A stretch of 64,000 nt of DNA from Podarcis liolepis. Taxonomy: Eukaryota. The notes below the pieces were generated by a model that searched no databases, was not told the origin of the DNA, and saw only the letters and a list, made by a program, of their open reading frames with translations. Location: NCBI GenBank assembly GCA_965112155.1, contig OZ218102.1, one strand, 5' to 3'. A program made the position numbers and the translations under genes. Of the stretch, positions 13,401 through 25,553 are shown piece by piece; within the stretch, counting starts at the first letter, position 1; every line of letters starts with the position of its first letter.

Positions 13401-15023
13401 CTTGGGCGTCTCAGCGTCTCTGTGGTGAAGACCCAAGTCCCAAAAAGTTTTTGGCCACAATGAAAGTATTCTCGTATTTAAGGTCCACGGGGTACTTTTG
13501 CTTTTGTTGCAACCAGTTAAAAGGGCTTTATAACTTGTCACGGAAACTAGGCTGTTTTCTCACTCAATCTGCTGCTGTAGATTTTCAGCCGATCCTAGGC
13601 CTGTTTACTGAAAAGGAAATAGCGCTGTTGTTCAGCTGAACTTTTTCTTCGGGCTGCCGCCCAAGCAGCGAATCTAAATTGTCAGGAAATATCTGGCTCG
13701 AGAGTTGATCGCGTTGGCTTCCACAATAATGCCCTGCGGATAAAAGGTAGGTGCAGATTGCTGTGCCCGTGTCTCCTGGTTAATTCGTCTACTCAGAAGT
13801 AAACGCCATTGAGTTCAGTTAGGAGACATTCCCCGTCGAGTGTGTGGAGAATTGCAGTCCGAGGACACAGTCCTTTTCCGATGGTAATATCTACAAGTTT
13901 TGCAATAAACGTTTATAATGAAAAATAATAGAATATCATGCAAGCTTGCAGTAATTTAATTTCACAGTAAACTAATCGCACTGCAAGCTTATCGTTATTT
14001 ATTTGCATCAAATCTATTTAGAGGAATTGTTTAGTCAACGTTCCATTTTTTAATTTTTATTTTTGCCTTGAAAAATCTGTTCCACACCTTCATCTCTAAT
14101 TCTTTCAGTCCTTAAACGAAGGAGAATCTTCGGCGTTTCTTGGGCTCCATCAAAACACACAAATGGAGGGGCTGTGAAGGCTCCTTGCCTCATAACAAAA
14201 TTTCTTGACAGGCTGGCAAAAACCGAGGCAGTCGCAAACCTCGTACAATAGAAAGAGTGTCTTCCGTTTATATTGCACAGACACCGAATATAAATGCTTA
14301 TGTCGATGGTTGCATTGACTAAGCGACCACCGCCTGATAACAAGAGGGCACATAAAAATCCGTTGGTTTCAATGGGAACATTAACTCTCTCGGATTGAAA
14401 CCTCGTAGCTTATCCGAGCCGAGGCCACCCTCGAGGGGAAACCCCTTGCCCAAGAGCCCCCTAATAAAAGATAAAAGCCTTCTTTAATCTGTTCTTGAGT
14501 GGAAAGGGAACTTCCACTGGGTTACCGCACTACGTACAGTGCTCTGCAGTCCCCCCCCTTCAAGAAATCAGGAGCAGGGACTTGCTGGCTTCTTATGTTT
14601 GTTTGTGGGGGGAGAACAGAGCCTGGGAACAACCCACCCCCCTTACCGGGCTCTCCGGCAGAGCCTCCCAAGCTACCCTTTGCCACCCCTGTTACTATTC
14701 CCCAGAGAGGACGGAGGGACCGGCGCTTAGGGACAGTGAAGGAGCTTCGCACGAATTTCAGAAACGGTCATTGACACTAATCACGAAACCCTTTCGATCG
14801 CTTTTATTTTAAGAGAGCTGCCCGGAAGAGCCAGAGTGGTCTACCTTCTTCTTTTGGGTTCCCTGAAGCGCTCGCCGGAGCCCAACAAAAACGCACACCT
14901 TTTCCTCGCGAGTGTCCCCGGGGAGTCACTATAAGAAGAAATAAAGAAAATTAAGATGCAGGAGGGAAAAACGAAACTCAAGAGCCCTTTTAACTAACCA
15001 CAGACACATAATAGGAGCAAGAA

Positions 15024-15025
<2 letters not shown>

Positions 15026-15079
<54 letters not shown>
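15026..15079. repeat. (AAT)n microsatellite
   Basis: About 18 perfect AAT units, roughly 1.2 kb upstream of the NKX2-3 ATG. Confidence 0.95.
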
Positions 15080-15599
15080 TCCCAGTACGTAAGATCAGGA
15101 GCTTAGCTTTGAGATGCCGCTTTCGCAGACTGTTTTATATCCATGTTACACAAGCCATCTAAGTTGGTGGCCATAACCACACATTGCAATAATACTTGCC
15201 TCTGGATATTACTGCTACCTATTACTACTATTATTGCTACCTATTATTACTACTACTACTTCTACTACTACTAAACTCATGCATATCTCGTCCTACGCCC
15301 ACATTGGTACTGGCAAGCAGCTGCGTCCTAGGGTTTGTCTTGCCAAAGGTATGCGAAAGACCTGCGTCTCCTCGCGGGCAGGTGACCGCCGGAAGAGATT
15401 TGGCGCTCCCTCCACAGGCCAGTTGCCAAGCGGATGTTGAATGTTAAATTGGACAGATTACCCTGTCCAAGATAGGGCCCTGTCCCTATATTTACTTCGC
15501 CCCGCGACAGGACAGTTCACCCCCCCCACACACACACACACATACCTTCCCGCGTTTCCTAGGTCCCATTTGCCCCAAGAAAGGCGAGTTTCCTCTTGG

Positions 15600-16242
15600 G
15601 CCCTTTCCCCAGGGTGTTCCTTTTTTTTCACTTCCTCCGAAGTTTAAAAAAAGAAAAAACCGCGAGTGGTAAGTCCCCAAGGGACGAGATGGAGGTAGAT
15701 CCGGAACCACAGGAAGGGAAAGCAGCGGCAGCGCTGTTGTCCAGGGAAAGGCGGAGGGGGGGTTGTCTAGCCATGGGGAGGGGTTGTGGGCTACCTCGGT
15801 TCGGACTCCCCCGTAGCGCGGATTTTTCTCCGCCTCCTCTCGCCCCGACGGCTGTGCGCCAACCTGTGTGACCCGACGGCGTGGGTGCCCCGCGTAGCCT
15901 CCCGGTGCAGCCCAGCCTGCAGATTTCTCTTTCCGGCAGGGTCTCTCTCTCTGTGTGTGTCACTTAGGGGGCCGGCTCAAGGCTCCCCCGCCTTCCAATG
16001 GGGGCGCAGCCCGCGCCCCAGCCCGGCCCCTCCTCGCCGTGACGCGCCCGCCCTGGCCGCAGAGGCGGCTCCGAGTCCAGAGGCTGCAGCTGGTCGGCGC
16101 AGAGGCTGCGACTGCAAAGGCGGAGCGGCAGCCTTCCCTTCGCATGGACGCCCCTTAGCCGGGCTTGGCTGGCAGGGCGCGGCGCTCCTGCACCCAAGCC
16201 GGCTCGCTCCCCTCTTTCCCACGCACCCGTCACCCCCTCCCA
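15600..16242 (+). promoter_or_regulatory. NKX2-3 CpG-island promoter / 5' UTR
   Basis: CpG-dense; CCAAT 15995-15999, GC boxes, and an NK2-type site CACTTAG 15961-15967 just upstream of ATG 16243. The island extends through the gene to about 21400. Confidence 0.7.
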
Positions 16243-18939
16243 ATGATGCTCCCCAGCCCCGCCACCTCCACCCCCTTCTCGGTCAAGGATATTCTGAAAC
16301 TGGAGCAGCAGAGTCTCGGGGGCTCCCTCGAGTCGCCCTTCCCGGTCGCCGCCGCCTCCTGCCTGCTGGGGTGCCGCAGCTTCTCCGACGGGGAGGACGA
16401 CGACGAAGACGACGAGAAGCTGCCCTTCCTCAGCTCCATGGCGGCGACGGGGAAGAGCGCCGCGGATGGGGGGCTTTCTCCAGGGAGCTACGTGCAGGCG
16501 GTGCTGCGGGGCACCTGCGAGCCCAAGGCGCTGGCGGGAGAGGGAGAAGCGGCGCTGGATTCCGGAGCCGGTGAGTACCAGCGAGAGCGGGACCGGGACC
16601 CCAAGAGGGAGGCTTTATTGGGGAATCGTAGGGCCAGGCGGGCGCCCAAGTCTCTCTCGGAACGCGGAGCGATTCCCAACCTTTCACATTGCCAGGATAA
16701 CTAATTCCGAAAGTTTCCCCTTCTGGATCGCAGCTTGGTTGCGCGTGCGTGGCTTGGAACCACCGTTTCTCCAGCCAGATGAGATGCTGAAAGCGGGACA
16801 CGCGACATCCGCGTCTCTAGGAGCACGTCGGCAACGGTTCAGCGCTGCTCAGAACTGCTTGGGCACCTCCAAACCCAAGTCGCTTAGGCGGACGCCTCTT
16901 CCCTCCGCTGCAAAATATCTGTGGCTCCAACTCACAGAGAATAAGAGGCTAAGTCCCTTGGAACTTTGAAGGACTTACTTCCGAGTAAACGTGCTTAGGC
17001 TGCTGTCATGTCTCTGAGCGTAAGCCTCCCTGAACACAACGGGACTTCCCGTTGGGTAAAATGCACCGGATTGGGTGGTCACACTGCAGCCCTGTTCGAC
17101 TCGGATGTAAGAGCTCAGTTAGTCCCGCTTCCCCAATGCAAGTTTGCCTCGGAGTGCATCCCAATGCCCCTTACTTGAGAGCAGGTTCTGTGGACCTGGC
17201 TTACAAGAAAGCGTGCTCGGTTCAGCCGGAGACTTAGGCAGAAAGGGGACGACGCGTTTGGCCACGCCGAGCCATCCATCTCCTAAAACAGGCAAGGAAC
17301 CGCTCTGAGGCCCAGCCTCGCAGCCTTGGTGGTCTGGCGGCAAGGAGAGCCGCCTTGGTGGAATGATGGTGCCGCTGGCTCCAAGCCCCCTCTAGGAAAG
17401 CACCCGGGGTGAGGTGGAGCGGAGTGGGTCGAGGGGCGGTCAAAGCGCGAGGGGATCTAGTTGAGGGTCCTTCGCGCCAAGGTTTTGTCCGAGGCGCGGC
17501 AAGCAAAGTCAGTAACGGGCCTGGCCTGGCCTCCCTCCCTCCCTGCAAGGAAGGAGATCGTGTTCGCACTGCGGGATCTTGGGGGGCATAAAGACTGCCG
17601 TCTGCTTCCTAAGTGGGCATAAATCCATTTCCCAGTCCTTGCTTCCTTCCGGCTGCCGTAAGCAGTCCTGGTGGCACAGGGGAAAACACACACACTTCGC
17701 TCCCTCAAGTTTTTCTCGAGTTGGCTGAGCTCCTGCAGAATGCCAGGCGGCGCTGGCTCCTTCGTTTGCAAGGCCGGGAAGCAGCGGCCATATTCCATTG
17801 CGGAAGACTCAACTTTCTATATAATAATATTAATATTAATACTATTACTAATACTTTGCAAGCCGTGTTTCTAATTTGCTCCGCCTATAGAACTACAGGC
17901 GCGCTTTTCCGCTGCAAGCTTATTTTGCGGGAGAAGAGTTTTGGGGTTGTTGTTGCAGCTGTGTCTTTATGCCCTTTAAGGCTGCGGTGATACGCAGCCT
18001 TAACCTGCGCGTAAGCCCCGTTGAACAGAGCGGGACTTACTTCTGGGTTAACCCGCCTAGGAGTGCCCTGTAAGACACCGACGGAATTATGTTGCGAGCA
18101 TTAAAAAAGAAAACGAAAACAGATGTCGGCCCTTCCAGGTGCCGCGCAGCGTGTGCTCTCCTCTCCCTTTAAATAATGTATTCATCTGGCTTGATAAATG
18201 CGTAAATGAGAGGCTTCTGCAAGGTGATAGGGGGGGGGTGTCAATGTGTTGTACCGGTCCCGCAGCCCGCAGCTCCCCGGTTCTTGACTGGAGCATCTCT
18301 CTCTGTTGTTCCCCGTCTTCTGCAGGGAAGGAGCCCACGGAGGAGTCGTCGGAGCGGCCCAAGGCGCGCGGCCGGAGGAAGCCTCGGGTGCTCTTCTCGC
18401 AAGCGCAGGTCTTCGAGCTGGAGCGGCGCTTCCAGCAGCAGCGCTACCTGTCGGCCCCCGAGCGCGAGTTGCTGGCCAGCAGCCTCAAGCTCACGTCCAC
18501 GCAGGTGAAGATCTGGTTCCAGAACCGACGCTACAAGTGCAAGCGGCAGCGGCAGGACAAGGCCCTGGACCTGGGCGGCCCGACGGCGGGGATGCCTCCG
18601 CCGTCGCAGCAGCCTCCGCCTCCGCCGCGCAGGGTGGCCGTGCCCGTGCTGGTGAGGGACGGCAAGCCCTGCCTGGGCGGCTCGCAGGCCTACAGCGCGC
18701 CCTACAACGCCGCCGCCTATCCTTATAATGGCTTCCCCAACTACGCCTACGGCGGTTCCCCCGCGGCTGCTTACGGGGCCGGCTACGGCTGCAGCTACCC
18801 GGCGGCCAACAGCGGGGGCCCGTCGGTGCCGCCGCCTGCGGGGCCCTACATGAACATGGGCGGCTTCGCGGGCGGCGCGCAGCCCCTGCACCAGGGTCCC
18901 GCGGGGCCTTCCTGTAGTCAGGGCATCCGAGCTTGGTAG
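16243..18939 (+). CDS. NKX2-3: NK2 homeobox 3 transcription factor (313 aa, 2 coding exons)
   Basis: Exons 16243-16570 (donor GTGAGT) and 18326-18939 (acceptor TGCAG), phase 1, 942 nt. Protein has the TN motif ([14 protein letters not shown]), an NK2 homeodomain with Tyr54 ([16 protein letters not shown]), the NK2-SD ([15 protein letters not shown]), a Tyr-rich region and the C-terminal GIRAW. The MMLPSP start and adjacency to SLC25A28 identify NKX2-3 rather than NKX2-5/2-6. Confidence 0.96.
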
Positions 18940-19484
18940 CCCCGGCCGACGGAGAGATCGAGCAGCGAGCGCGGTTCAGAGCCACGAGCCCAGTCCCCGG
19001 TCGCTGGCTGGGGCCCGGCGAGGCAGGCGGGCAGCCGGAGAAGCGGCGCTTCCTCCGACGGGGAGACCCGACCACGCAAGAAGGTGCGCCGCGCTAGCAC
19101 AGGACGCGGCTCCATCCTCCACCCTCAGCACCTTGCCAGTCGACAGCCAGCCGTGGTGCAGTCCACGGTGCTAAGCGGCCTCGATCGCTACGCGGCGGCA
19201 CTGGCTCTGCTGGACACTCTTCCCATTTAGACTCTCTTCCCTCACTCCCGGCGGAGCTGCCCGCAGCCAAAGCTCTACTGGGGAAAGGGGCGCGGCGGGA
19301 GACTCCGCGCCAAGGCCGAGCAGGGACGGGAACGGGGGGAGGCCTGGCTCTGCCAGAAAGCAGCTTCGCTTGTACAAAGCCAAAGCCAGGGTGGAGGCCG
19401 CCGCGAGCCACCCGTTTTTGTTGTTGTTGTTGTATCTTAAAAGTGTATCGATGTAGCCACCGCTGCAAGGAAGTTAAAGGATCC

Positions 19485-19490
19485 AATAAA
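19485..19490 (+). terminator. Probable NKX2-3 polyadenylation signal
   Basis: First AATAAA, about 550 nt after the stop codon. Confidence 0.55.
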
Positions 19491-20991
19491 CCAGGTGCAA
19501 TATCCATCGCAGGCTTCGCGCTGGCGGGGCGGGAAAGGCAGGCGAACGAGCGAGCGCGTGTGCGACTTCTGGGTTCCTCCTCTGGCATAAGTGCCCCTTC
19601 CAGGTAGAGCTCCTCTCCTCTTGCGCAGGGTCTAAACAAACCACGCTGCGCACCTAAAATGCGCAAGTGTTGCAGGAAAAGTCGAAGCCACAGAGCCGCT
19701 TTGCCATCATAGACGGCTGTCTCTGAAGCTTCTCCCTCCTTCCTCCTCTCTTCCTTCGACGGCACCCGTTTCCCCCTGCTTAGAGTCCACCTTAGATCCA
19801 TGCAGCTTCTAGCTGTGGGACAGTTATTCTAACCCATCAGCCGAGGTAGATTCATGCCGCCTCCAGCAATCTGGAGGCACGAAAAGTGGGGGGTGTAATC
19901 CGGAGTAACTTAATCCGGAGTCAGTTCCTCCGGAGGGCAGGCAAGCCCAAAGGAAACTCGCCCTGTCAGGACCCGGAGCTGCTTCCAGGAGCTCGAAGGG
20001 CGCGAGGGCTGCGGAGCGTGCGGCTCTCCAGACTACAACTCCGAGCACGATGGGAGTTGGAGTCCTGCAACCTCAGTGGCCCGCAGGCTCCCGGTTCCTG
20101 AAGGGAGAAGGTAGGCCCGTACGCCCGTCGACGGGCGTTGGAAGGGCCGCCCAAAGTCCCCCCTCCGCCTCCCTGTGGCCTCGGCTCTCCTATCATTTGG
20201 ATGCCGCTGTGGAGGCGCCGCGAGACGGGTACCTGCCCGCGGCCGGAGGTGCCTCCTTCCCTCGGGCCTTTAATAGGTGGCCAGCCGGCCGCTGTAATCC
20301 CCTTGTCCCGGGCGAGGAGAGGGTGCCAAGGGGCTGAATGGGGCAGCGCGCGGCGCGGAGAGGCCCATTGTGGCGGCCGGGCCGGCTCTGAAAGGCAGCG
20401 CCTGGAAGGGGCCGAGAAGCGGCGCTTATTGGATTGGGGGACAAAAGGCGGGCCGAGGGGGGCCCCGGACAAAGGGCGAGATTGACGGCCCGCGCTGCCT
20501 CCCCCGCGGCGCCCGGGAGGGCGGGGGAGCTGCGGTTTTGTTCCCCTTTTTTATCCCGGGGGGCGAGCGGGGGATTAGGAGGCGCAGTTCAATGTCGGAC
20601 CCGCCCCCGCCCTGAGTCGGGGTCGAGGAAGGTGGGGAAGCGGGCAGAAGCAGACAGAGAGTGCATATCCCCCCCCCTCCCCAGGAAAGGAAAAGCGCTG
20701 CTGTGTGACTCAGGCCTGACGCGAAGAAATGTGCCTGGGTTACTTAGTGGTTGGGAAAAGGTACTCTGCACATGCTTGAAAGACGCCTCGCCGTCACTTG
20801 CGCTTCGGCCCCGGCCCTCCGGGATGCCCTCGAGATAGATGGGGTAGCCTTCGCCAAAGGCATCGCGGAGGACCTCCCCTCTGGATCTGCCTGCGCTGGA
20901 GACCCTGCTCACTGGGACGGGCAAGGCACGTGGGGGGGGGGGTGTCCGCCCATTCCTTGCTTCAAAGCAGGGTTGTCTTTTCCCACGTGAA

Positions 20992-21175
20992 CAGGGGTGC
21001 CACATTGAATAAAGTATTGGGGGGAGTAAGCCCCGCCCCGCATAACCGATCACATGATGTGGTGCACGCACACATTTGAATGGCAATGCCCATCCATTGG
21101 GGGAGGGAGCCTCCTCAAATATTTTATTGGGGGTGGGCCAAGACCCCCTCGGCCCCTAGGAGTTGGCTCCTATGC
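20992..21175. repeat. Dispersed repeat (DNA-transposon-like), second copy at 23246-23350
   Basis: Shared CAGGGGTGCCA..TTGAATAAA..TAAGCC..CATAA..CATTTGAATG(G/A)CAATGCCCA. Confidence 0.6.
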
Positions 21176-21686
21176 ACATGAATGGCCGCGAAGAGATTTC
21201 TTACTGCTTAGAATAGCCGGATGCAACTGCTGGCTGCTGCGCAAAGGGGAGCTGCTTCGAGCCTGCGCGAGCTGGGCCGCCTTGCCCCGCAAGAGACCCT
21301 GCGGATTGTAGCCCCGGCGGGGACTGTGAGAGGAGCCCCGTCCGCGAACGAACGGCAGCCGCCGGAGGTGAGCCCTTGGCGTTTAAAATGGTCTGGAACA
21401 AGAGCCTAGCGCCGAAGGTATCAGGTTAGCCAGAGGAGGCGGCTCCATTAAGGGTCAATGGGGCGCTGCCTCCACACTTGCAACCGATCCAGAGCGTATC
21501 ACTGCCTGATGAGAACAAAACTACAGGTTTTGTTTTGTTTTTGCTTCGGTTCAGTCTACTGTCTGGGCTTCCTGCTTTCTTCCCTGCCTGTTGCAGATGG
21601 GCACCACCAGCCGCCCGCCACTGAATTAGTTGGCCAGGAAAACAGAATGAAAAAATGTACAGTAAGTTTGGTGAACAAGGAAGAAA

Positions 21687-21700
21687 CCACCAGGGGGCGC
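21687..21700 (+). promoter_or_regulatory. CTCF core motif
   Basis: CCACCAGGGGGCGC is an exact match to CCASYAGRKGGCRS, between NKX2-3 and SLC25A28. Confidence 0.65.
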
Positions 21701-22159
21701 ACCCAAATAGACCTCCCGGATACTGTACCAGTAGTTTGCTTAATGCTGCCCACAATATTAACTGAAGAAATGAAGGGGCTGGGCGGGGGAAGCCATATAA
21801 TCACAGAGTTGGAAGGGATCCTGAGGTAAAAAGTCCAATGGGTAAAAAGAGATTGCACTTGCTGCCCACCAGAGGGAAAACTTTTATGGATCTGCTTATC
21901 ACTCTGTTGGTGGTGGGGTTACTGTAGGAGTCGCTTTGCCTCCTTTCTTTAGGTCTTGGCGATCCTGAGGAAGTTGGGGTGATGGAGAAAGAGGCAGTTG
22001 CCACTCCCATAACCCTGAATCACAGTCTTGAGTGTGCTGTGAGGCAGTTGGCAAATTACACACATCCATTTGACCAGATTTTAAACCTCTTTGATGCAGT
22101 TGATCAGTGCATCTGGCTATTAACCAGAAGTTGGTGGTTCCAGCCAACCCAGGAACAGC

Positions 22160-22238
22160 TGTGGGTGAGATTCTTGCATTGCAGGGGGTTGGACTAGATG
22201 ACACTCGGGATCCCTTCCAACTCTATTCTATGATTCTA
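22160..22238 (+). mobile_element. CR1 LINE 3' end fragment
   Basis: GGGGTTGGACTAGATGAC...CCCTTCCAACTCTATTCTATGATTCTA. Confidence 0.7.
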
Positions 22239-25133
22239 CCCGCTAAAGAAGTTATTAAATAAATAAATAATTTTTTATTTATACCCCGCCCTTCCCGGTT
22301 TAGAAAACCGGGCTCAGGGTGGCTAACAACAAAATTTAAAACACTTAAGTGATGCAACAAAACAGCATAAAATACAGTACAAAACATGAATAACAGTAAA
22401 TTCAGAATTCAAAATCAATTTAGGGGGAAATCCATCCAATAAACATTAGATGATCACCAGGGCTAGCTGGCTAAATTAGTCCTATTTGGGCCAGTGAGGA
22501 GACCAGGGGAGAATTAGCTGTGGGATCCCAGTGTGGGTAATCTTCATAAAAAGGGGGGTGGGAGGGAAGGAAGGGGAATAAAAGATCAGGTTAAGGTTTA
22601 CGTTGTTGGGCACAACTCCCAACTCCCATCAGCCTCAAGCCAACATAGCCTTGTGTGGAGACATAAAATTTTAAGGAGGAAGGGGACAGAAGGAAGGAAG
22701 GTTTCTCCCTGAAGGGAAAGGATCAGAAGAGGTGTTGAAGGAAATCAGAAAATGAGACAAAAGATTACTACTGTGTTTATTAATAATACATAAAGCTGGA
22801 ATAGAATGGAAGGGGAATAAGGCCGCACTAATTATAATAGAATATGATCCAGATAACAGATCCTATTCAGCTCATTTCTTCTGCCTAGTTGATTCTCCTG
22901 CTTTAAGGCAGGGTAGGGAACCTCAGGCCCAGGGGGCAAATGCAGCCCTCCGGGCCTCGCTGTCTTGTCCTCAGAACACATCATACCCCGCTTTGCACTC
23001 CAGATGTTGTCTGTCTTGAACTGCTCTGACTTGCAGCTGCTCTCTGGAGTTTTGGATGGGGGACATCCTCAATCCTATCTAGAGATGTTGAGGACTGAAC
23101 CTGGAGCTTTTAACTGGCACTGCTCTTCTGTCTTTTGCAGCAGCCTGTCAGTAATTAAACAGGTAAAGTCCTCCCCACCATTTACCTTAGTCCCAGGAAA
23201 AGGGGGGGGGAGAGAGAAACTCCCATTGCCAGCCCAAGTTCTGCCCAGGGGTGCCAACTTGAATAAAATACTGGAGGGGCATGTAAGCCATCCCCATAAT
23301 CAACATGACATGATGCACACACACCATTTGAATGACAATGCCCAGTAACTAGGGGGGGGGGGGAGAGATGGCTCCTCTGTTTATGCCTGTTAAGTCACTA
23401 CTGCAGGAAGAGGGATTGATAACTTGGAAGTTATGTACAAGTTCCAAGCCACATCCATAGTTTTCCTGAAAGAATTGGCAAAAGCCACATGCCAGGAATT
23501 CCACTAGTGTGCAGGTACTCTGTGTTTTTCCTGTTGCCCTGCTACCCAGATCTAAGCCATGGCTTGACTTAGCTTTATGTCCATACTGAGGTTCATGGTT
23601 TGTCTTGCTCCTAACAATGCACAAGCTGCAACTAGGGGTTGTTCTTGGCTTACCAATTGTGGTTTGCTTGCAGAAGACAAGCCACAAGGCCAGGCTTGGA
23701 TAGAACACTAAGCTCAACCATGGCTTAGTTTGAGGAGTGTGGCAGCAGGATTTCCCACCTGTACCTGCATGCTTATGCATTCTTGTTTATTCATGGTTTG
23801 AATTACACGTGAACTGGGCCACGGAGAAAATTTTCTCAAAATTAATGTTTACACCGCCTCAAAGATTGAGGGGGAAATGCCAGTCAGGGAGCACTCCTCT
23901 GCATTGCTGCAACAGGTGAGCCTTCTTGTCAGCTTTTCTTTCCCAGGAAGACAATAATTTCCTGTCAAAGTCTACCCTTCCAAGACAGGTCAAGTCAGCA
24001 AGAAGCACAGCTAGCAAAACCATGTATGAACAGGCATTTTGAACATAAGATCTATCTGCCCTTTTGGTTCAACTTCAAAGCTCTAAAACATCAGTTCTCT
24101 CTCCATCACTCACATAACCCTAATGCAACAGAAAGTATGCATTAGGAAATCTAAAATTTGGCTACATCCATCATAAGCCAGTGAAGACAGGTGTATTGTT
24201 TTGAGGTTTCACTTTGCTGCAAAGGGCACACTTAGGAAGCAGACAGGCTGTTCAGTAAGACACTGGCTCAGTCAGAGGTTTGTATTTGCCTCATTTGTGT
24301 ATTCTTCCTCTTCCTAAATGACACATTCCAAATCTTGGGATCAAGAGTAGCAGGAAAGATTGCCACACTTCCCCCCTAAGAAGTAAGATGAAGCCCACTT
24401 GGCCATTCCAAGTTAAAAGTTACCTGGAACCTAAGTGCCGTACTTTTGGAGTTCCTGCAACATGGATGGGCCAGCATCATAGGACAAGGCAAGCAGAGAA
24501 TGCATGCTTCATAACTGCAGATGGATAAATGGTATCCCCCAATATCACCTGTCTGCCTGTTCTCAAACTACAGCCTGACTCTTTCACATTGCTACTCTGT
24601 TTGGTGTGACAGAGGATAATAGGAACAAGAACTTTTTTTTTTACATATGTGCACACATGCACTTGTGTATTTTCCATCACAGTATATATATTACTGGAGG
24701 ACACTGCAAGCCAGTTGAAAGAACACCCAACTGAGGCAGACTGCATCTTTTCCCCTGCTACTATAAGAATGTGTGTTTGAGCTGCGTTGGTAGGTAAGAA
24801 TACTGCTGAAATATATATGGGAGGAACAAGAATCACCTAAAACTGTCAGTTGCCTGGTGCTGGTATCCTGTAGGAACATAGATGCTCTCCAAATACTGTT
24901 TAATGACAATAGAAAGCTGGTTCTTCATGGATCAATATTAGTCATACAAGATGCGGCATTATATGATACTAATCTCACTTCTACTCTCCCACCTACCACA
25001 AGAGGAAACAATTTAGACCACCCTGCTATAGGTTGGTCCAACTGACCTGTAACAAAGCCCTATAGAGCTGCTAAAAAGAGAGCAAGAGATAAGGAGAATA
25101 AGAGCAAACAAGGGCTGTGACGATAAAGCAGAC

Positions 25134-25139
25134 TTTATT
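25134..25139 (-). terminator. Probable SLC25A28 polyadenylation signal
   Basis: AATAAA on the minus strand about 415 nt after the stop, followed by U-rich downstream sequence. Confidence 0.55.
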
Positions 25140-25553
25140 GGAGGTGCCAAGGGCCACAACAATCAAAGCCTTCCCAGAGAGCATGAGGTTTGTGTGTGTG
25201 CTACTAGACAACAGCTCAGCTAACACTTCCCCTGCCTCCATCACCACATAGTCGTAACAGCAACCCGTTCAGGGTATGCAGGTCATCACCCCAAGTTCCA
25301 GTGCGCTCACGGTAGCTCATGGTAGTCTCCACCTCTTTTAAGGGAATACAACTTTTGGGGCAAGGGAGATGCTTGTTAGGTGACAGGCTAGAAAAGGGTA
25401 GGCCAAGCTGCTGCTCATTGTGTACTATCCATTTGGGAGAAGGATGATGGGCTGTGCAAAATGCAGCAGCAGGCAAGAGGCGGCATCGTTATTCCAAAGG
25501 CTTGCTTGTCATCTGAGTCTGGCACCAGCCAATCCAGCGGGTGGAGTCACATT

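Noticed and set aside
18241-19801. Long antisense ORFs over NKX2-3 exon 2 and 3' flank
   Set aside because: Shadow ORFs caused by very high GC content; low-complexity Arg/Gly/Pro translations.
24695-24715. CAGUGU loop downstream of SLC25A28 as a possible iron-responsive element
   Set aside because: The flanking bases cannot form the 5-bp upper stem, and it lies beyond the proximal poly(A) signal.
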